From: a bacterium
Lineage (GTDB): Bacteria; Zhuqueibacterota; Zhuqueibacteria; Residuimicrobiales; Krinioviventaceae
Reading direction: 5' to 3'
NCBI GenBank assembly: GCA_963674595.2
Contig: CAXXFV010000004.1
Span: forward strand, 160,001 to 224,000
Length of the DNA stretch: 64,000 nt
The translations under genes and the position numbers were made by a program. Numbering within the stretch: position 1 is the first letter of the stretch; every line of letters starts with the position of its first letter. Shown here in pieces: positions 49,916 to 59,802 of the stretch. Below the pieces are notes generated by a model. It did no database searches, was not told the DNA's origin, and saw only the letters and a list, made by a program, of their open reading frames with translations.

Positions 49916-50902
49916 ATGAAATATAAAGTCGGAATTGTAGGCGTCGGAAAACTGGGATCTTTTCATTGTAATTCTTTATCTCAAAACCCAAAAGCCGAAC
50001 TTGCAGGAGTTTATGATACGGACCAAACTCGTGTCGATGAAATCACATCAAAATTCAAATGTCAGGGATTTTCTAATGTAGACGACTTGATTGAAAATTC
50101 GGACATTGTCGGTATTATCGTGCCGACAACGCTGCACCTGGATATCGCTAAAAAAGCCATTCAGGCAAAAAAGCCGATTTTCGTTGAAAAGCCAATTGCA
50201 TCATCTGTGGAAGAAGCAGAAATAATGGTTAAATTGGCCGATGAAATGAACGTCCCCATACAGGTCGGTCATATCGAACGTTTTAATCCGGCCATACGGG
50301 CGGTTGATAAAAACGGCTTTAATCCCATGTTTATCGAATCTCACCGGCTGGCGCCATTTGATCCACGCGGAACAGATGTGGCTGTTATACTCGATTTGAT
50401 GATCCATGACATTGATATTATTCTCAGCCTGGTAAACAGCGATCCGGTGCAAATAAACGCCAATGGAGTTGCGGTTGTTTCCGATGAAATCGATATTGCC
50501 AACGCCCGCATTCAGTTTGAGAACGGTTGCGTCGCCAACATTACTGCCAGCCGTATTTCACAACGTAAAATGCGTAAAATGCGTTTGTTTCAAAAAGATT
50601 CTTATACTTCAATCGATTTTTTACAACGTTTGACCGAAGTATTTAAACTCGTGGATGAAAACAGTGGTCTTCCCAATACGGTTGTTCTGGGACAAATTGA
50701 TAAAGGTAAACATAAACGACATATTATTTATGATCAACCGGAAACGCCGGAACAAGATGCCATGCAGGCCGAATGGCACAGTTTTTTCAATGCTCTGGAA
50801 ACAAATACACCACCGATTGTCAGCGGTCATGACGGGTTAAAAGCCCTTCGCGTGGCATCTGAGATAATGCATATTATCGCAAAAAATCCGATAAAAGAGT
50901 AA
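49916..50902 (+). CDS. Gfo/Idh/MocA oxidoreductase, GnnA-like (UDP-GlcNAc 3-dehydrogenase candidate)
   Basis: GVG.LG..H, EKP, QVGHIERFNPA, DV.V.LDLMIHDID and ANITASRIS motifs; directly upstream of lpxB. Confidence 0.8.
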   Translation: MKYKVGIVGVGKLGSFHCNSLSQNPKAELAGVYDTDQTRVDEITSKFKCQGFSNVDDLIENSDIVGIIVPTTLHLDIAKKAIQAKKPIFVEKPIASSVEEAEIMVKLADEMNVPIQVGHIERFNPAIRAVDKNGFNPMFIESHRLAPFDPRGTDVAVILDLMIHDIDIILSLVNSDPVQINANGVAVVSDEIDIANARIQFENGCVANITASRISQRKMRKMRLFQKDSYTSIDFLQRLTEVFKLVDENSGLPNTVVLGQIDKGKHKRHIIYDQPETPEQDAMQAEWHSFFNALETNTPPIVSGHDGLKALRVASEIMHIIAKNPIKE

Positions 50903-50981
50903 GTTAAGATAGATTGTGTTATTAAACAGGGATGTTTGTCATAGGATGATCATCCCGTTTTTATTATTAAATTGAGGCAAA

Positions 50982-52109
50982 ATGTCCAAAAAAATAATGA
51001 TCATTGCCGGTGAAGCGTCCGGAGACCTTTACGGCGGGCAACTGGTCAAAGCACTATTTGAAAAAGACCCAAATCTGGAAATTTTCGGCGTAGGCGGCGA
51101 CAACATGAAATCAGCCGGAATGGAATTGTTCTACCACGTTGACCAGATGGCTATTATTGGTTTTATTGAAGTTGTTAAACATTTCCGGTTTATTAAAAAC
51201 GTTTTTTATCATTTATTGGCTGTATTGAAAAAGCGCAAACCGGATATCGTGGTGCTTATCGATTATCCGGGATTTAACCTGAGATTTGCAAAAAAAGCAA
51301 AAAAACACGGTGCAAAAATATTCTATTTTATAGCCCCGCAAGTTTGGGCCTGGGGACAGGGACGCGCCCCCAAAATGGCCAAATATATAGATAAGATGGG
51401 TGTTATTTTTGATTTTGAAGTACCGTTTTTCAGTAAATTTGGTTTGGACACCGAGTTTGTCGGGCATCCTCTTGTAGAAAAATTAAAAACCGTCAAAACG
51501 CGGCAAGAATTTTTTAATGACGAAAATCTGGATATGGAAAAACCGTTGCTTGGCCTTTTCCCAGGCAGCCGAAAACAGGAAATTGAAAAACTATTACCGG
51601 CTATGCTGCAAACCGCACAAACAATAAAAAGCAAACACCCAAACATACAGGTTGCCGTCAGCAAAGCCCCGACGATTTCATTGCAACATTTAAATCAATT
51701 TTTAAACACATTCCCGGATATTAAAATTATCAGCGGTGAATCCTATGATCTCATGAAATATTCTTCAGCCGCCATTGTCACCTCGGGCACGGCTACACTG
51801 GAAATGGCATGTTGGCATACGCCGTATATTATCATTTATCGCGTTTCAACCCTTTCCTATTTAATTGGAAAAAAAGTAATTAAAATCAAAAATATCGGCC
51901 TGGCAAATGTAGTTGCCGGGAAAGAACTTGTTAAAGAATTTATCCAGCATGATGCTGTTCCGGAAAAAATGGCGCCGGAGGTGGAAAAGCTTTTATTTGA
52001 TGCAAAATATAGAGAGGACCTTGTGTCATCTTTAAAAACCATAAATCAAAAGCTGGGGTCGGCCGGAGCTATTAAAAGAACCTCGGAAATCATAATCAAC
52101 ATGCTTTAA
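50982..52109 (+). CDS. lpxB: Lipid-A-disaccharide synthase
   Basis: IAGEASGD, IDYPGFN, PQVWAW, FVGHPL, PGSR..E and SGTATLE motifs. Confidence 0.96.
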   Translation: MSKKIMIIAGEASGDLYGGQLVKALFEKDPNLEIFGVGGDNMKSAGMELFYHVDQMAIIGFIEVVKHFRFIKNVFYHLLAVLKKRKPDIVVLIDYPGFNLRFAKKAKKHGAKIFYFIAPQVWAWGQGRAPKMAKYIDKMGVIFDFEVPFFSKFGLDTEFVGHPLVEKLKTVKTRQEFFNDENLDMEKPLLGLFPGSRKQEIEKLLPAMLQTAQTIKSKHPNIQVAVSKAPTISLQHLNQFLNTFPDIKIISGESYDLMKYSSAAIVTSGTATLEMACWHTPYIIIYRVSTLSYLIGKKVIKIKNIGLANVVAGKELVKEFIQHDAVPEKMAPEVEKLLFDAKYREDLVSSLKTINQKLGSAGAIKRTSEIIINML

Positions 52110-52166
52110 TATCTTTTTATAAAAGAATTAAATGTGATATAAAGCACATTCATCTACTATTTCAAT

Positions 52167-52838
52167 TTGTATTTTAATATGCTAAAATCGAAAAAAGAAT
52201 TTTTATCATATTTGGGCATCAAGCTCGCTTGGCTGCTCATTTTGTTCTTTGGAAAAACCGGAAGGATTTCCATTAAAAACCGCCACTATTTAAGACAAGC
52301 TGTGAAAAGCGGCAGACCTGTTATTTATGTGGTCTGGCATGGAAGAATGCTGCTGCCGATTTACATTCACAGAAAAGACGGTATTTGTGCCATGGTCAGT
52401 GAACATGGCGATGGCGAAATTATTGCCAAAACAATAGAACGGCTGGGATATACAACCGTACGCGGTTCCAGCACTCGCGGTGGAAGCAAAGCTTTTCGGC
52501 AAATGCTTAAAGTACTTAAAAATGGAACGCCCTGCACTATTTTACCGGACGGTCCACGCGGACCGCGTTATGAATTCAAAATCGGCGCCGTTTCCCTGGC
52601 ACAACGCTCCGACGCCCTGATTTTGCCGTTGTCGTTTTCATCTTCCAATCCTATTGTTCTTAAAAGCTGGGACCGTTTTACATTATGGAAACCATTTGCA
52701 AAATTATATGTAGTTTATGGAAAACCAATGATCGTTCCCAGGAAAATTTCTCAGGAAGAGCTGGAAGCATACCGTATTAAAATTGAAAATCAAATGAACG
52801 ATTTGCAAGAGCAGGCAGATGCAATTTTTTCAAACTAA
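52167..52838 (+). CDS. DUF374 lysophospholipid acyltransferase-family protein (LpxJ-like)
   Basis: WHGR, S.H.DGE, RGSS.RGG, PDGPRGP and SWDRF..PF motifs; lies between lpxB and lpxK. Confidence 0.85.
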   Translation: MYFNMLKSKKEFLSYLGIKLAWLLILFFGKTGRISIKNRHYLRQAVKSGRPVIYVVWHGRMLLPIYIHRKDGICAMVSEHGDGEIIAKTIERLGYTTVRGSSTRGGSKAFRQMLKVLKNGTPCTILPDGPRGPRYEFKIGAVSLAQRSDALILPLSFSSSNPIVLKSWDRFTLWKPFAKLYVVYGKPMIVPRKISQEELEAYRIKIENQMNDLQEQADAIFSN

Positions 52839-53829
52839 ATGGCCGGCTATTCTCTTGAGGCCTTTTTCCTTCCTTTTTGGAATAGTTATCAGGTTTCGTA
52901 ATTTTCTATATGATTTTCAGATATTAAAAAGCACTCATATAAGCTGCCCGGTAATCAGCATCGGTAACATTACTGTTGGCGGAACAGGAAAAACACCGAC
53001 TGTTTTATTTTTGGCAAAATGGTTAACAGAAAAATACAAAGTTTGCATCATTAGTCGTGGGTACAGACGAAACAGCACAGGACATCTTGTTGTTTCTGAT
53101 GGAGAAACAATCTCGAGTACGGTTCAGGAAGCCGGAGATGAACCCTTTTTGCTGGCCAAACGATTACCAAATACAATCGTAATCGTCAATTCAAATCGTG
53201 TCGAAGCTGCTTTAAGGGCATACCAGGATTTTCATCCTGATGTAATTTTGCTGGATGATTCTATGCAGCATCGAAAAATTTTCCGTGATATGGAAATTGT
53301 CACAATGCAGGGCGACAACTTTTTCGGTAATAAATTCATGCTTCCGGCCGGACCTTTACGGGAACAATTGTCCGGGCTAAAAAGAGCGGACCTTATTTGG
53401 ATAAATAACAGTAAAAACAATTTAAAGACGTTTAAAAACAAGCCTGTTATAAACGCACACTATCAGCCTGAAGGCCTCGGTGATTATGCCGGAACTGTTT
53501 TTAAAATAAGCGACCTGAAAACAAAAATAATAGCCGTCTGTGGTTTGGGCTCGCCGGATAATTTCAAAAAAACGCTCGAACAATATGGTGCCTATATTAC
53601 AAAATTTTTAACGTTTAAAGATCACCACGAATATACACTAACAGATATTCAAAATATTGAAAAACAGTTTAAACAAAACAATGCAAAACTTTTAGTGACG
53701 ACAGAAAAAGACTGGGTAAAAATTGCACACCTTGTCTCTCTGAAAAATAATTGGCGCTATCTGATAATAAACGCTCAACCGGATGACTTGGAAAAAATCG
53801 CAGAATTAATAGAGTCTGTATTAAGTTGA
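52819..53829 (+). CDS. lpxK: Tetraacyldisaccharide 4'-kinase
   Basis: PVISIGNITVGGTGKTP, SRGY, GDEP, LDD..QH, LPAGPLRE, DHH.Y and TTEKD motifs. Confidence 0.96.
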   Translation: MQFFQTKWPAILLRPFSFLFGIVIRFRNFLYDFQILKSTHISCPVISIGNITVGGTGKTPTVLFLAKWLTEKYKVCIISRGYRRNSTGHLVVSDGETISSTVQEAGDEPFLLAKRLPNTIVIVNSNRVEAALRAYQDFHPDVILLDDSMQHRKIFRDMEIVTMQGDNFFGNKFMLPAGPLREQLSGLKRADLIWINNSKNNLKTFKNKPVINAHYQPEGLGDYAGTVFKISDLKTKIIAVCGLGSPDNFKKTLEQYGAYITKFLTFKDHHEYTLTDIQNIEKQFKQNNAKLLVTTEKDWVKIAHLVSLKNNWRYLIINAQPDDLEKIAELIESVLS

Positions 53830-53857
53830 AGTGTATCACAATAGAACAAAAAATTAC

Positions 53858-53886
53858 TTGATATTTAACCAAATATTTGCTAGTAT
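53858..53886 (+). promoter_or_regulatory. Putative sigma70 promoter
   Basis: TTGATA-17-TAGTAT, then a GGAG RBS before the regulator. Confidence 0.5.
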
Positions 53887-53925
53887 TTTAGCGATTGTAA
53901 AAAAATAATTTTTGGAGAACACCAA

Positions 53926-55308
53926 TTGGGTAATCAAACCAAAAGACCTCAAATACTCATCGTTGACGATGATAAAAATATTTGCAAAATGATTGAGGCC
54001 AGTCTTCGCAAGGAAAGGAAATATGAAATTTCCACGGCTTTAAGCGGCGAAGCTTGTCTGGCGTACATTCGTGAAGAGGTCCCAGACCTTGTTTTAATGG
54101 ACATACAAATGCCGGGTATTGACGGCATTGAGACCTTGAAACAGGTAAAACAGGAAGATTCCAGGATACCAGTTGTAATGATGACAGCACACGGCACCAT
54201 TGAAAGAGCTGTCCAGTCCATGAAACTTGGTGCATACGATTTTATTACCAAACCTTTCGCCCGCGACCGACTGCTCGTAACAGTCAATAATGCCCTGGTG
54301 AACAGTTCTCTTCGTAAGGAAGTGGATGAATTACGTTCTGAATTAAAAGACAAATATCAATTCGAAAACATTATCGGTGAAAGCGGGGTCATGCAGGATG
54401 TTTTTCGTGCTGTTGAAAAAGTAATCGACAGCAATGTAACGGTTATGATAAATGGAGAAAGCGGTACGGGTAAAGAATTAATTGCCCGAGCCATCCATTT
54501 TCACTCAACAACCCGCGCCGGTAAACCTTTTGTGGCCGTTAACTGTTCCGCATTACCGGAATCTTTGCTCGAAAGTGAATTGTTCGGACACGAAAAAGGG
54601 GCCTTTACCGGTGCATCCGGAAAACGTATCGGTAAGTTTGAACAGGCCAACGGTGGAACGATCTTTCTGGACGAAATCGGGTTGATGACACCCGCAACAC
54701 AATCCAAAATTTTACGCATTCTTCAGGAACGGGAATTTGAACGTGTCGGCGGCAGCGAACTTGTTAAAGTTGATGTTCGTATTATCTCGGCGACAAACAA
54801 AGACCTTGAAGAAGAGATGAAAAAAGGCAGTTTCCGCGAAGACCTTTATTATAGAATTTCTGTTTTTCCCATCAAATTGCCGCCTTTACGGGACCGTAAA
54901 GATGACATTCCCAAGATCGCAGCTTTCTTTTTAAATAAATATGCCAACCAGGAAGGAAAATCGATCGATTGTATTTCTCCGGACGCCCTGGATCTGTTAA
55001 TGGCCTACAACTGGCCGGGCAATGTCCGTGAACTGGAAAATGCTATTGAAAGGGCCGTTGTTTTGGTTAATGGAGATGAAATCTCTGCCAAAGAACTACC
55101 TTCATCTGTCCGGGCGCTGGGCGAAAAAAGAATTTATGAAGCTGACAATACTCTGGCAAACTGGATTGAAAAGCTTGAAGAAGATGCCTTGAAACAGGCG
55201 TTGTTGGAATGTGAAGGCAATATATCAAAAACCGCCAAAAAGCTGGGAATCGGCCGGGCCACCATCTACAGAAAAGCCAAAAAATACGGCCTTCCTATGG
55301 TAAAATAA
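53926..55308 (+). CDS. Sigma54-dependent response regulator (NtrC/AtoC family)
   Basis: Receiver domain (DDD, D..MPG.DG, KPF); GESGTGKE, GAFTGA, FLDEIG and WPGNVREL motifs; C-terminal Fis-type HTH. Confidence 0.96.
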   Translation: MGNQTKRPQILIVDDDKNICKMIEASLRKERKYEISTALSGEACLAYIREEVPDLVLMDIQMPGIDGIETLKQVKQEDSRIPVVMMTAHGTIERAVQSMKLGAYDFITKPFARDRLLVTVNNALVNSSLRKEVDELRSELKDKYQFENIIGESGVMQDVFRAVEKVIDSNVTVMINGESGTGKELIARAIHFHSTTRAGKPFVAVNCSALPESLLESELFGHEKGAFTGASGKRIGKFEQANGGTIFLDEIGLMTPATQSKILRILQEREFERVGGSELVKVDVRIISATNKDLEEEMKKGSFREDLYYRISVFPIKLPPLRDRKDDIPKIAAFFLNKYANQEGKSIDCISPDALDLLMAYNWPGNVRELENAIERAVVLVNGDEISAKELPSSVRALGEKRIYEADNTLANWIEKLEEDALKQALLECEGNISKTAKKLGIGRATIYRKAKKYGLPMVK

Positions 55309-55313
55309 ATTTT

Positions 55314-55342
55314 AAAAAGCGGATGAATATCCGCTTTTTTTT
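55314..55342. terminator. Bidirectional intrinsic terminator
   Basis: AAAAAGCGGAT-gaat-ATCCGCTTTTT between convergent genes. Confidence 0.85.
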
Positions 55343-56084
55343 ATAATAACCCTGAAAAATGATGATCGCTGAAAAGTTTGACCGGATCATTAACTTTTAT
55401 AGGTTCCCGCACATAAAATGGCTCACCATAAGCAGAACCGATTTTATTTCCCCAATACTGTCCCCGTGTAATTATGGATTGTAAAAACTCTTTTGTCGCG
55501 ATATAGGTTGCTTCGTTGCCGGTTTCCTTATTATTTTCCGAATAAAACTGTGATTCATAGGCTTTCATGGCTTTAATTTTGTCGTCAAAGGAATCTGATA
55601 CATCAACAATAAAAGACGGATCAAAGTCATATAATTCCATGTAATAAATTGTTTTGTCAGGACGAAATTTTTCCTGTCCGGTACTAATATTTATAAGGCC
55701 GGAATAAAACGATGCCTCACGAACCAGGCTGGAACAATGGCTGTGGTCCGGATGCCGGGTCTTCCAATAGGGTGCAAAAACAATTTTTGGGCGATATTTA
55801 CGGATCGCAGAAATGACTTTATTTCGGTTCACTTCTGTTACCTGCACTTTACTGTCAGGTATATCAAGAATTTCATTTGCTGATAACCCCATTATCTGAC
55901 TGCTGTTTTCAAACTCTTTTCGGCGAATTTGTACGGTCCCTCTGGTGCCCATTTCACCGGCAGTTAATGAAACCACGCCTACTTTATATCCTTCACGACT
56001 TAGTTTTATCAAAGTCCCTGCACACATTAATTCAACATCATCCGGATGAGCACCGAATGCCAAAACATCAAGCGATAGACTCAT
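55341..56084 (-). CDS. bshB1: Bacillithiol biosynthesis deacetylase (PIG-L family)
   Basis: LAFGAHPDDVEL..AGT, GE.GTRGT...R..E, RHPDH, AY.SQF and EPF motifs; next to bshC. Confidence 0.9.
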   Translation of the reverse strand: MSLSLDVLAFGAHPDDVELMCAGTLIKLSREGYKVGVVSLTAGEMGTRGTVQIRRKEFENSSQIMGLSANEILDIPDSKVQVTEVNRNKVISAIRKYRPKIVFAPYWKTRHPDHSHCSSLVREASFYSGLINISTGQEKFRPDKTIYYMELYDFDPSFIVDVSDSFDDKIKAMKAYESQFYSENNKETGNEATYIATKEFLQSIITRGQYWGNKIGSAYGEPFYVREPIKVNDPVKLFSDHHFSGLL

Positions 56085-56087
56085 AGG

Positions 56088-57695
56088 TTATAACTCCAGA
56101 ATTTTATGTTCCGGTTTTTCAATATCAATAGCGTCATAAATTTTATGAAAAATATCAAAATTATATTTGGTTATAAAAGACAAAATATTAACCATCCGCT
56201 CCTGCAATTTATGTTGAGGAAGCAGATTGATTTGAATGCTGCCAAGTTGGTCTGAAACTGTTTTTTCACGCTGTTCAAACATTCGCAAAATTTTAGTTTC
56301 CAATTGATCATGCTGTTTTATAAAATTTGCCCGTGTTTTTTCAATAATTTGTTCCATTGAAGGATCAATGCCGGATAATGAACGGCCCAATTGTTCATAT
56401 TCATTTGTAATATGGTGCTTTATTGACGACAATTGTTCGTTAATATTATCCGGTATTAACCGGGAGGAAATTTCTTTTACTATTTTTTCCGGCTGAGTTA
56501 TAAACTCTAAAACAGAGATATTAAATTTCGCCAAATGTCGCTGAACTTTAGGCTCAACAAGGGTAAACCCGGCCCTGGGCATAACAACCGGCATGGACAT
56601 TTTAAAATTTTCATACACAGGTTTTAACTGGGCCCAATAGGAAATTTCTCCCGGCCCGGCGACATAGGCAACCGTCGGCAGTAATGTATCCTGAACAATG
56701 GGACGTAACGCAACTTTCGGACTTAACTTTTCCAGCCCTGCCAATAACTGTTCACTGGTATATTTCTCACCGGAAAACATGTTTTGAAAAAGATCACCCG
56801 CTTTTTGCAGACTGTGCCGACCCCGGTCCAGCATAAAAACATTGGGACGATCATTAATAAAACTAATTTGCCGGTGATAATCTTTTTGTTCTAATCTCTT
56901 ATCAGAAACGGATAAACCTTTATTTGTCAGGTCCTCGTTTAACTCTTTTTCAAAAACAGGCAGCATATACTTTTTCAAACGGTCATCGGAACTGTCCAGT
57001 AAAATAATGCCATACTCTGCAAAAAGATAAGAAAACCAGCGGGCAAACGCGGTATGAAAACTTTCACCTGAATGATAGCATTCACCCAATGTTTTAAAAA
57101 CAGATTCTTTAAATTCGGTATCCGGCAACATATTATCAAGCTGCCGAATCAATTCATAAATTGTATCGTTCAGCTTTATATCACTTACGGGCGTCCGTTG
57201 ATTTTCCGATTCCGAATTATATACCAATTTTTCAAATTGGTTCGCCCGGTTAACAATTCCGGTCCATTGTACTTCTTCAAAATCATGGTCCTCACTCACT
57301 AAATAAAAAATCGGCAGTACATTTAAATTTAATTTCGCTGATAAATGCTCTGCAAGCTTTATAGTCGTTAATGCCTTATAAAAAGTATATAATGGTCCGC
57401 CAAACAATCCAACCTGTTGTCCGGTTACAACAGCCAGGGAATCCGGGTTTTTTAATTTTTGAATATTTTCCAGTGTTTTTGGACCGCAATGAAAAGCCAT
57501 GTTCTGGGAATATAAAATATCAACAATGCTTTCCCGGTTGTCCCAGGATTTTGTTAAAACATTATCAGCCTGTTTTTTATAATCCGAAATTTTTCCAAAA
57601 TCACCATTAAAAAATTCAGCAACACGGTCAAAATCATTCACATAATCTTTAACCAGCGGCATATAGCCGGGTAATTTTTCCACAGGAACTATCAT
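56088..57695 (-). CDS. bshC: Bacillithiol biosynthesis cysteine-adding enzyme
   Basis: VVTGQQ.GLFGGPLYT.YK, SEDHDFEE, SP.V.LRP..QD.LLPT.AYV.GPGE.SYWAQL and LQER motifs. Confidence 0.93.
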   Translation of the reverse strand: MIVPVEKLPGYMPLVKDYVNDFDRVAEFFNGDFGKISDYKKQADNVLTKSWDNRESIVDILYSQNMAFHCGPKTLENIQKLKNPDSLAVVTGQQVGLFGGPLYTFYKALTTIKLAEHLSAKLNLNVLPIFYLVSEDHDFEEVQWTGIVNRANQFEKLVYNSESENQRTPVSDIKLNDTIYELIRQLDNMLPDTEFKESVFKTLGECYHSGESFHTAFARWFSYLFAEYGIILLDSSDDRLKKYMLPVFEKELNEDLTNKGLSVSDKRLEQKDYHRQISFINDRPNVFMLDRGRHSLQKAGDLFQNMFSGEKYTSEQLLAGLEKLSPKVALRPIVQDTLLPTVAYVAGPGEISYWAQLKPVYENFKMSMPVVMPRAGFTLVEPKVQRHLAKFNISVLEFITQPEKIVKEISSRLIPDNINEQLSSIKHHITNEYEQLGRSLSGIDPSMEQIIEKTRANFIKQHDQLETKILRMFEQREKTVSDQLGSIQINLLPQHKLQERMVNILSFITKYNFDIFHKIYDAIDIEKPEHKILEL

Positions 57696-57696
57696 A

Positions 57697-58431
57697 TTAA
57701 TCCTTTTTACCTATCATAATAAGCCGGGGAGAATCCGGCGTAAAAGCGCCTCCATTATAATCACCATACACAGCCGTACACATCAGGCCGGCTTCTGCAA
57801 ACATGCTTCCCAACTCAATAATTCCATAAACACGAACCGATTCTAAATATTCCCGTGTGTTCCGCTGATCGGAAATTGTTATCTTTTTTTCAAGCCGAAA
57901 AGAATGAGGATTAAAATTACGTTCCTGAACCAACTGCACCCCATGCTGTTCTTTTTTGTCTTTGGGGACCAAATTTTTTAAAGCATATTGTAAATTTAAA
58001 TAATCGAGCAGAAACAAACCATTTGGTTTAAGCGCACCCGAAACCGCTTTCAAAACCTTGACATTATCCTCTTCCTTTTCAAAATACCCGAAACTGGTAA
58101 ACAGACTCACCACGGCATCAAATGCGTTGTGATGGGGAATATCTTTCATATCTCCTCTGATAACATGAAAAGAATTCTGTGTCTCGCCGGACTTGATCTT
58201 GGCCATTTTAACAAAAACCGGTGACAGGTCCAGGCAGGTGACTTTGATATTATATTTACTAAAATGCACGGCATTCCGACCATAACCACCGCACAAATCC
58301 AATACCTGCTGCCCCGGTTCCAATCCCAAAACATTAACGCTAAATTTAACAAGCTGCCGGGCCTCTTTATCATCCCGATGCTGATAAACCTGCAAATAAT
58401 CTTTACCAAATGATTTTTTATACCATACCAT
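57697..58431 (-). CDS. Class I SAM-dependent methyltransferase; candidate N-methyl-bacillithiol synthase (NmbA-like)
   Basis: WY..SFG.DYL.VY.HRD..EA, LDL.GG.GR, DLS, LFTSFGYF, DYLN, ESVR.Y and SPRLI motifs; 1 bp upstream of bshC. Confidence 0.8.
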   Translation of the reverse strand: MVWYKKSFGKDYLQVYQHRDDKEARQLVKFSVNVLGLEPGQQVLDLCGGYGRNAVHFSKYNIKVTCLDLSPVFVKMAKIKSGETQNSFHVIRGDMKDIPHHNAFDAVVSLFTSFGYFEKEEDNVKVLKAVSGALKPNGLFLLDYLNLQYALKNLVPKDKKEQHGVQLVQERNFNPHSFRLEKKITISDQRNTREYLESVRVYGIIELGSMFAEAGLMCTAVYGDYNGGAFTPDSPRLIMIGKKD

Positions 58432-58512
58432 AATATTTCAATAAATTATTAATTAAAAATTTTCATAATGTATGAAATATAATGGATTTTAAAAAGGTTT
58501 TACAGCAAAACC

Positions 58513-58541
58513 TTGATATTCGCCGACAATTTTAGTACCTT
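58513..58541 (+). promoter_or_regulatory. Putative sigma70 promoter
   Basis: TTGATA-17-TACCTT, then an AAGGAG RBS before the TTG start at 58577. Confidence 0.5.
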
Positions 58542-58576
58542 TAAGACTATTTAATTGCCTTAGAAAGGAGTACTTT

Positions 58577-59260
58577 TTGAATAAACTTGATGTTATACTT
58601 TTTGATCTGGATGGAACACTATTAGATACAATCCCGGATGTTCATGATTGTGCCAATCAAACCCTGAAACAAATGAATTTCCCCACCTTGCCCGTCGAAC
58701 AAATACAAAAAGCCATCGGACCCGGACCCGGCGTTTTTGCCAAAATTGTTCTGGGCGAAAAACATACGCATCGTATTGACGATTTTTTTGAAATTTTCCG
58801 TCCGCTTTATCATGACCATTGCATCAACAGCACCCGGCCTTTTCCGGGAATTATGGAGCTGTTGGATAAATTTGATCATTACAAAATGGCGGTTGCATCC
58901 AATAAACCCAAGTTTATGAGCACCCGAATTTTAAAAGGACTTGATTTATATGATCGGTTCGACCTGGTTATCGGACCGGAATCGGTAACAAACGCAAAAC
59001 CAGAACCGGATATGATCCATTTTGCGGCCGAACATTTTAACGTCAACGTTGAACAGACCATTTTGATAGGTGATACGGATAACGATATTTTGGCTGCCAA
59101 AGCAGCAGGCTGTCACAGCATATTAGCCGGCTGGGGCTATTCACACGAATTAGATCAACTTAAAAAAGACGCCTCTTTTTATGCCGAAAAACCTTTGGAT
59201 GTCATTCCGATTATTCATAATTTAACACAAACAAAACCTATAGAAACGGTTAATGTCTAA
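58577..59260 (+). CDS. HAD-superfamily hydrolase (phosphoglycolate phosphatase-like)
   Basis: FDLDGTLLDT, ASNK, KPEP and IGDT.ND motifs. Confidence 0.9.
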   Translation: MNKLDVILFDLDGTLLDTIPDVHDCANQTLKQMNFPTLPVEQIQKAIGPGPGVFAKIVLGEKHTHRIDDFFEIFRPLYHDHCINSTRPFPGIMELLDKFDHYKMAVASNKPKFMSTRILKGLDLYDRFDLVIGPESVTNAKPEPDMIHFAAEHFNVNVEQTILIGDTDNDILAAKAAGCHSILAGWGYSHELDQLKKDASFYAEKPLDVIPIIHNLTQTKPIETVNV

Positions 59261-59276
59261 AGAATTTGGATGAATT

Positions 59277-59765
59277 ATGAATAATATTAAAAATTATCTT
59301 CCAACCTATAAAGGCTGTTTTATTTGCGGCCAAAAAGATGAAAATCCATCTACTATGAATGTTCGTTTTCAAGTGACGGAAGATGGGGTACAGGTGCCGT
59401 TTAAACCGGATAAAACCCGGGAAGGTTATAAAAATATTGTACACGGGGGTATTTTATGCGCCCTGCTGGATGAAACAATTGGCTGGGCCGCTGCCGTATC
59501 CAGACAGCGTTTTTTTATGACCATGGAACTGAATGTCAAGTTTGTCCGTCCGGTGGAAACCGACAAGGAATATCTGGTTAAAGGACGACCGACTGAACAT
59601 AAATCCAGGTATTCACTTGCCGAAGGAGAAATTGTTGATTTAGAGGGCACAGTTTACACCAAAGCAACCGGAAAATTCTTTTTAATGCAGGACGAACAAG
59701 CCCGAAAAGTCAACGATTATCTGGAATATAAGGAAAACGATTTGGATATTTTTATCCAATCTTAA
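59277..59765 (+). CDS. PaaI-family thioesterase
   Basis: CFICG..NP, HGGIL.ALLDE and ELNVKF.RP motifs. Confidence 0.88.
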   Translation: MNNIKNYLPTYKGCFICGQKDENPSTMNVRFQVTEDGVQVPFKPDKTREGYKNIVHGGILCALLDETIGWAAAVSRQRFFMTMELNVKFVRPVETDKEYLVKGRPTEHKSRYSLAEGEIVDLEGTVYTKATGKFFLMQDEQARKVNDYLEYKENDLDIFIQS

Positions 59766-59802
59766 AACCAGAAATAAAACATCTATAGCAAAAGCCGGAA
59801 AA

